Virus record (IMG/VR): IMGVR_UViG_3300016467_000352 | Span: 1-34,152 of that record | DNA: 34,152 bases | From: a virus | Lineage: Duplodnaviria; Caudoviricetes | Strand: one strand, 5' to 3' | In this document: positions 32,894-34,152 of the stretch, piece after piece | How positions within the stretch are numbered: the stretch's first letter is position 1 | How the letters are laid out: the number at the start of each line of letters is the position of its first letter | Notes under the pieces: model-generated | Told to the model about the DNA's origin: nothing | The model's database searches: none | The model's input: only the letters and a program-made list of their open reading frames with translations | Translations under genes and position numbers: made by a program

Positions 32894-33448
32894 TCACGGG
32901 CGGGTTCCCCATTGTTCGGCCATTGCCTGCGCTATGCCGGGATACGTCCGGCTGCGTTCCTTCCAGCGGTTAGGTCCTGGTGGCATCAGGTGGACACGCG
33001 CATGGCGACCATCCACGATATTGGACGGTTTGAGCAGCGGCAATCCCTTTAGCCACAGGCAAGTCGCTTTAGTCTCGCCGTGACCGTGTTGCCACGGCTG
33101 TATGATCTGGTCCGGTTTCCGTATGCGACTGGAAATAATGCTTACCGGGTTTTCCAGTGCTATACGTGGAATGTTGCACTGCAATAACATCCTGACGAAG
33201 TCTAGCGCCTCTGCCTGCTCGACCTGTTTGTCCTTGAACCATCGGGCGCCGGATACGGATAGATGCGTGCAGGGCGGGTGCGCGATCATCATGTCCCAAT
33301 GCTGGCCGAGAATGTCCCGAACGTCGCCCTGGTAGTGCTGCCCCGGCGTTTCTGAGGGTAGCAGGTCGCAGGACCATGCATCATGCCCTAGACGGGCGAA
33401 TGCATCGCGCACGGTCCCGCTAAACTCACAGGCCACCAATACCCTCAC
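32894..33448 (-). CDS. short DNA cytosine-5 methyltransferase-like protein (184 aa)
   Basis: VLVACEFSG, AHPPC (motif IV), ENP (motif VI), KATCLWLKGLP, RSRTYPGIAQAMAEQW; GTGA overlap start. Confidence 0.85.
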   Translation of the reverse strand: MRVLVACEFSGTVRDAFARLGHDAWSCDLLPSETPGQHYQGDVRDILGQHWDMMIAHPPCTHLSVSGARWFKDKQVEQAEALDFVRMLLQCNIPRIALENPVSIISSRIRKPDQIIQPWQHGHGETKATCLWLKGLPLLKPSNIVDGRHARVHLMPPGPNRWKERSRTYPGIAQAMAEQWGTRP

Positions 33449-33588
33449 GGTAGCGGCACTCCCGTTTCCCGTGAGAGTAACTCGGCATCCTCGGCGGTCG
33501 TGGTGCCGTGTAGCACACGCACCAGGGCGTCCTGCACCTGACGGAACCGTTCTGTCTCTAGCTCCTGCTGCCACCGATAGTCGTCCAT
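33445..33588 (-). CDS. hypothetical protein (47 aa)
   Basis: Not in track; MDDYRWQQELETERFRQVQDAL...GVPLP*, coupled to the MTase start. Confidence 0.65.
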   Translation of the reverse strand: MDDYRWQQELETERFRQVQDALVRVLHGTTTAEDAELLSRETGVPLP

Positions 33589-33592
33589 ATAG

Positions 33593-33601
33593 TTATCCAC
33601 A
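33593..33601 (+). promoter_or_regulatory. perfect DnaA-box consensus (TTATCCACA)
   Basis: Exact match at a gene junction; single copy. Confidence 0.35.
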
Positions 33602-33603
33602 GG

Positions 33604-33909
33604 TTATTTTCCTTGCGCTTTGTGCAAGGCGTCCCATGCTTTTTGCATGGACTCCCGCATGTGCGGCTCAAGGTAATCCAGGCCGTTAAAGCTTGTCACC
33701 ATAGCCCACAATGCTTCGTATAAGTCGGGTGCTGCTGCTATCAGCATGGCGTTATCGCGCATCTCGTCAGGACTCATGGTTTTGCGAGCGGGTAGGTTTG
33801 CGATTGTTGTCGCGTGGACGCCAGCTTTCCGGCAGGTAACCGAGAACGGGTGCGTTTTCCACCATTTCCGGTTGTCGGACAATTCCCATTTTTCGCGCGT
33901 GTATCTCAT
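33604..33909 (-). CDS. hypothetical phage protein (NAxLIAAAPDL family)
   Basis: DNAMLIAAAPDLYEAL..ALHKAQG motif common in phage early genes. Confidence 0.85.
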   Translation of the reverse strand: MRYTREKWELSDNRKWWKTHPFSVTCRKAGVHATTIANLPARKTMSPDEMRDNAMLIAAAPDLYEALWAMVTSFNGLDYLEPHMRESMQKAWDALHKAQGK

Positions 33910-34142
33910 GTTTCCCTCATCTTAGGTATTTTTAACTTCTGCTCCCCTTTACCGGGGAATAGTTCCTCTGCCTGCACTCTGTAATCCCCGATGATGTATC
34001 CTATGCGCCCGTAGCGGTTCTTTATGACGCGCTGCACAATGCCGACAAAAGGCTGGCGACGATCGGGGAAAAACGGATAGACCGCCGCATACTGTCCGAC
34101 CTTCAAATACTGTCGTTTCCAATCCACGCCGTCGTGTCGCAT
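33906..34142 (-). CDS. hypothetical protein (start may lie elsewhere)
   Basis: ATGA overlap with next gene; open near window edge. Confidence 0.65.
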   Translation of the reverse strand: MRHDGVDWKRQYLKVGQYAAVYPFFPDRRQPFVGIVQRVIKNRYGRIGYIIGDYRVQAEELFPGKGEQKLKIPKMRET

Positions 34143-34152
34143 GGGTTCACCG

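Noticed and set aside
33449-33574. N-terminal extension of the methyltransferase in the ORF track
   Set aside because: This stretch is better explained by a separate 47-aa ORF in another frame, coupled through GTGA.
1-34152. Window as a complete circular genome
   Set aside because: No terminal repeat seen; joining the ends would stop the ORF starting at 63 after 22 codons, so sequence is probably missing between the ends.

Overview
This window is most of a compact tailed-phage genome, probably podovirus-like with a P22/N4-type head-tail connector and ejection proteins. The host is not determinable here; a proteobacterium is plausible. Three blocks are visible. (1) A leftward early cluster at 1-1752 holds small ORFs and a truncated beta-clamp. 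(2) After an AT-rich divergent control region (1776-2347), a rightward late block (2348-27824) encodes a Mom-like XF1762 protein, a GT2 glycosyltransferase, TerL, portal, HNH, scaffold, major capsid, adaptor, nozzle, an S74-chaperone tail fibre, ejection proteins, holin-like proteins and a GH24 lysozyme. (3) A leftward early/middle block (27920-34142) encodes a second glycosyltransferase, a VRR-NUC-like nuclease, an SSB-like protein, a winged HTH, a RecT-like annealase, a YqaJ exonuclease and a short C5-methyltransferase. No integrase, repressor, primase, helicase, polymerase or initiator is visible. The most notable signals are these. A promoter-driven C4/CI-like antisense-attenuator RNA is followed by ~350 nt of structured non-coding RNA where a replication gene might be expected. 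Two 14-aa protamine-like micropeptides sit in the head module, with further K/R-rich small ORFs elsewhere. Virion proteins are rich in N-X-S/T sequons, alongside two glycosyltransferases. A compact three-way-junction pseudoknot lies upstream of one glycosyltransferase. There is a candidate dnaX-type -1 frameshift fusing the annealase to a winged HTH, plus covarying intergenic hairpins and an anti-SD-loop 3' RNA. All family calls come from motif recognition by eye, not database searches.
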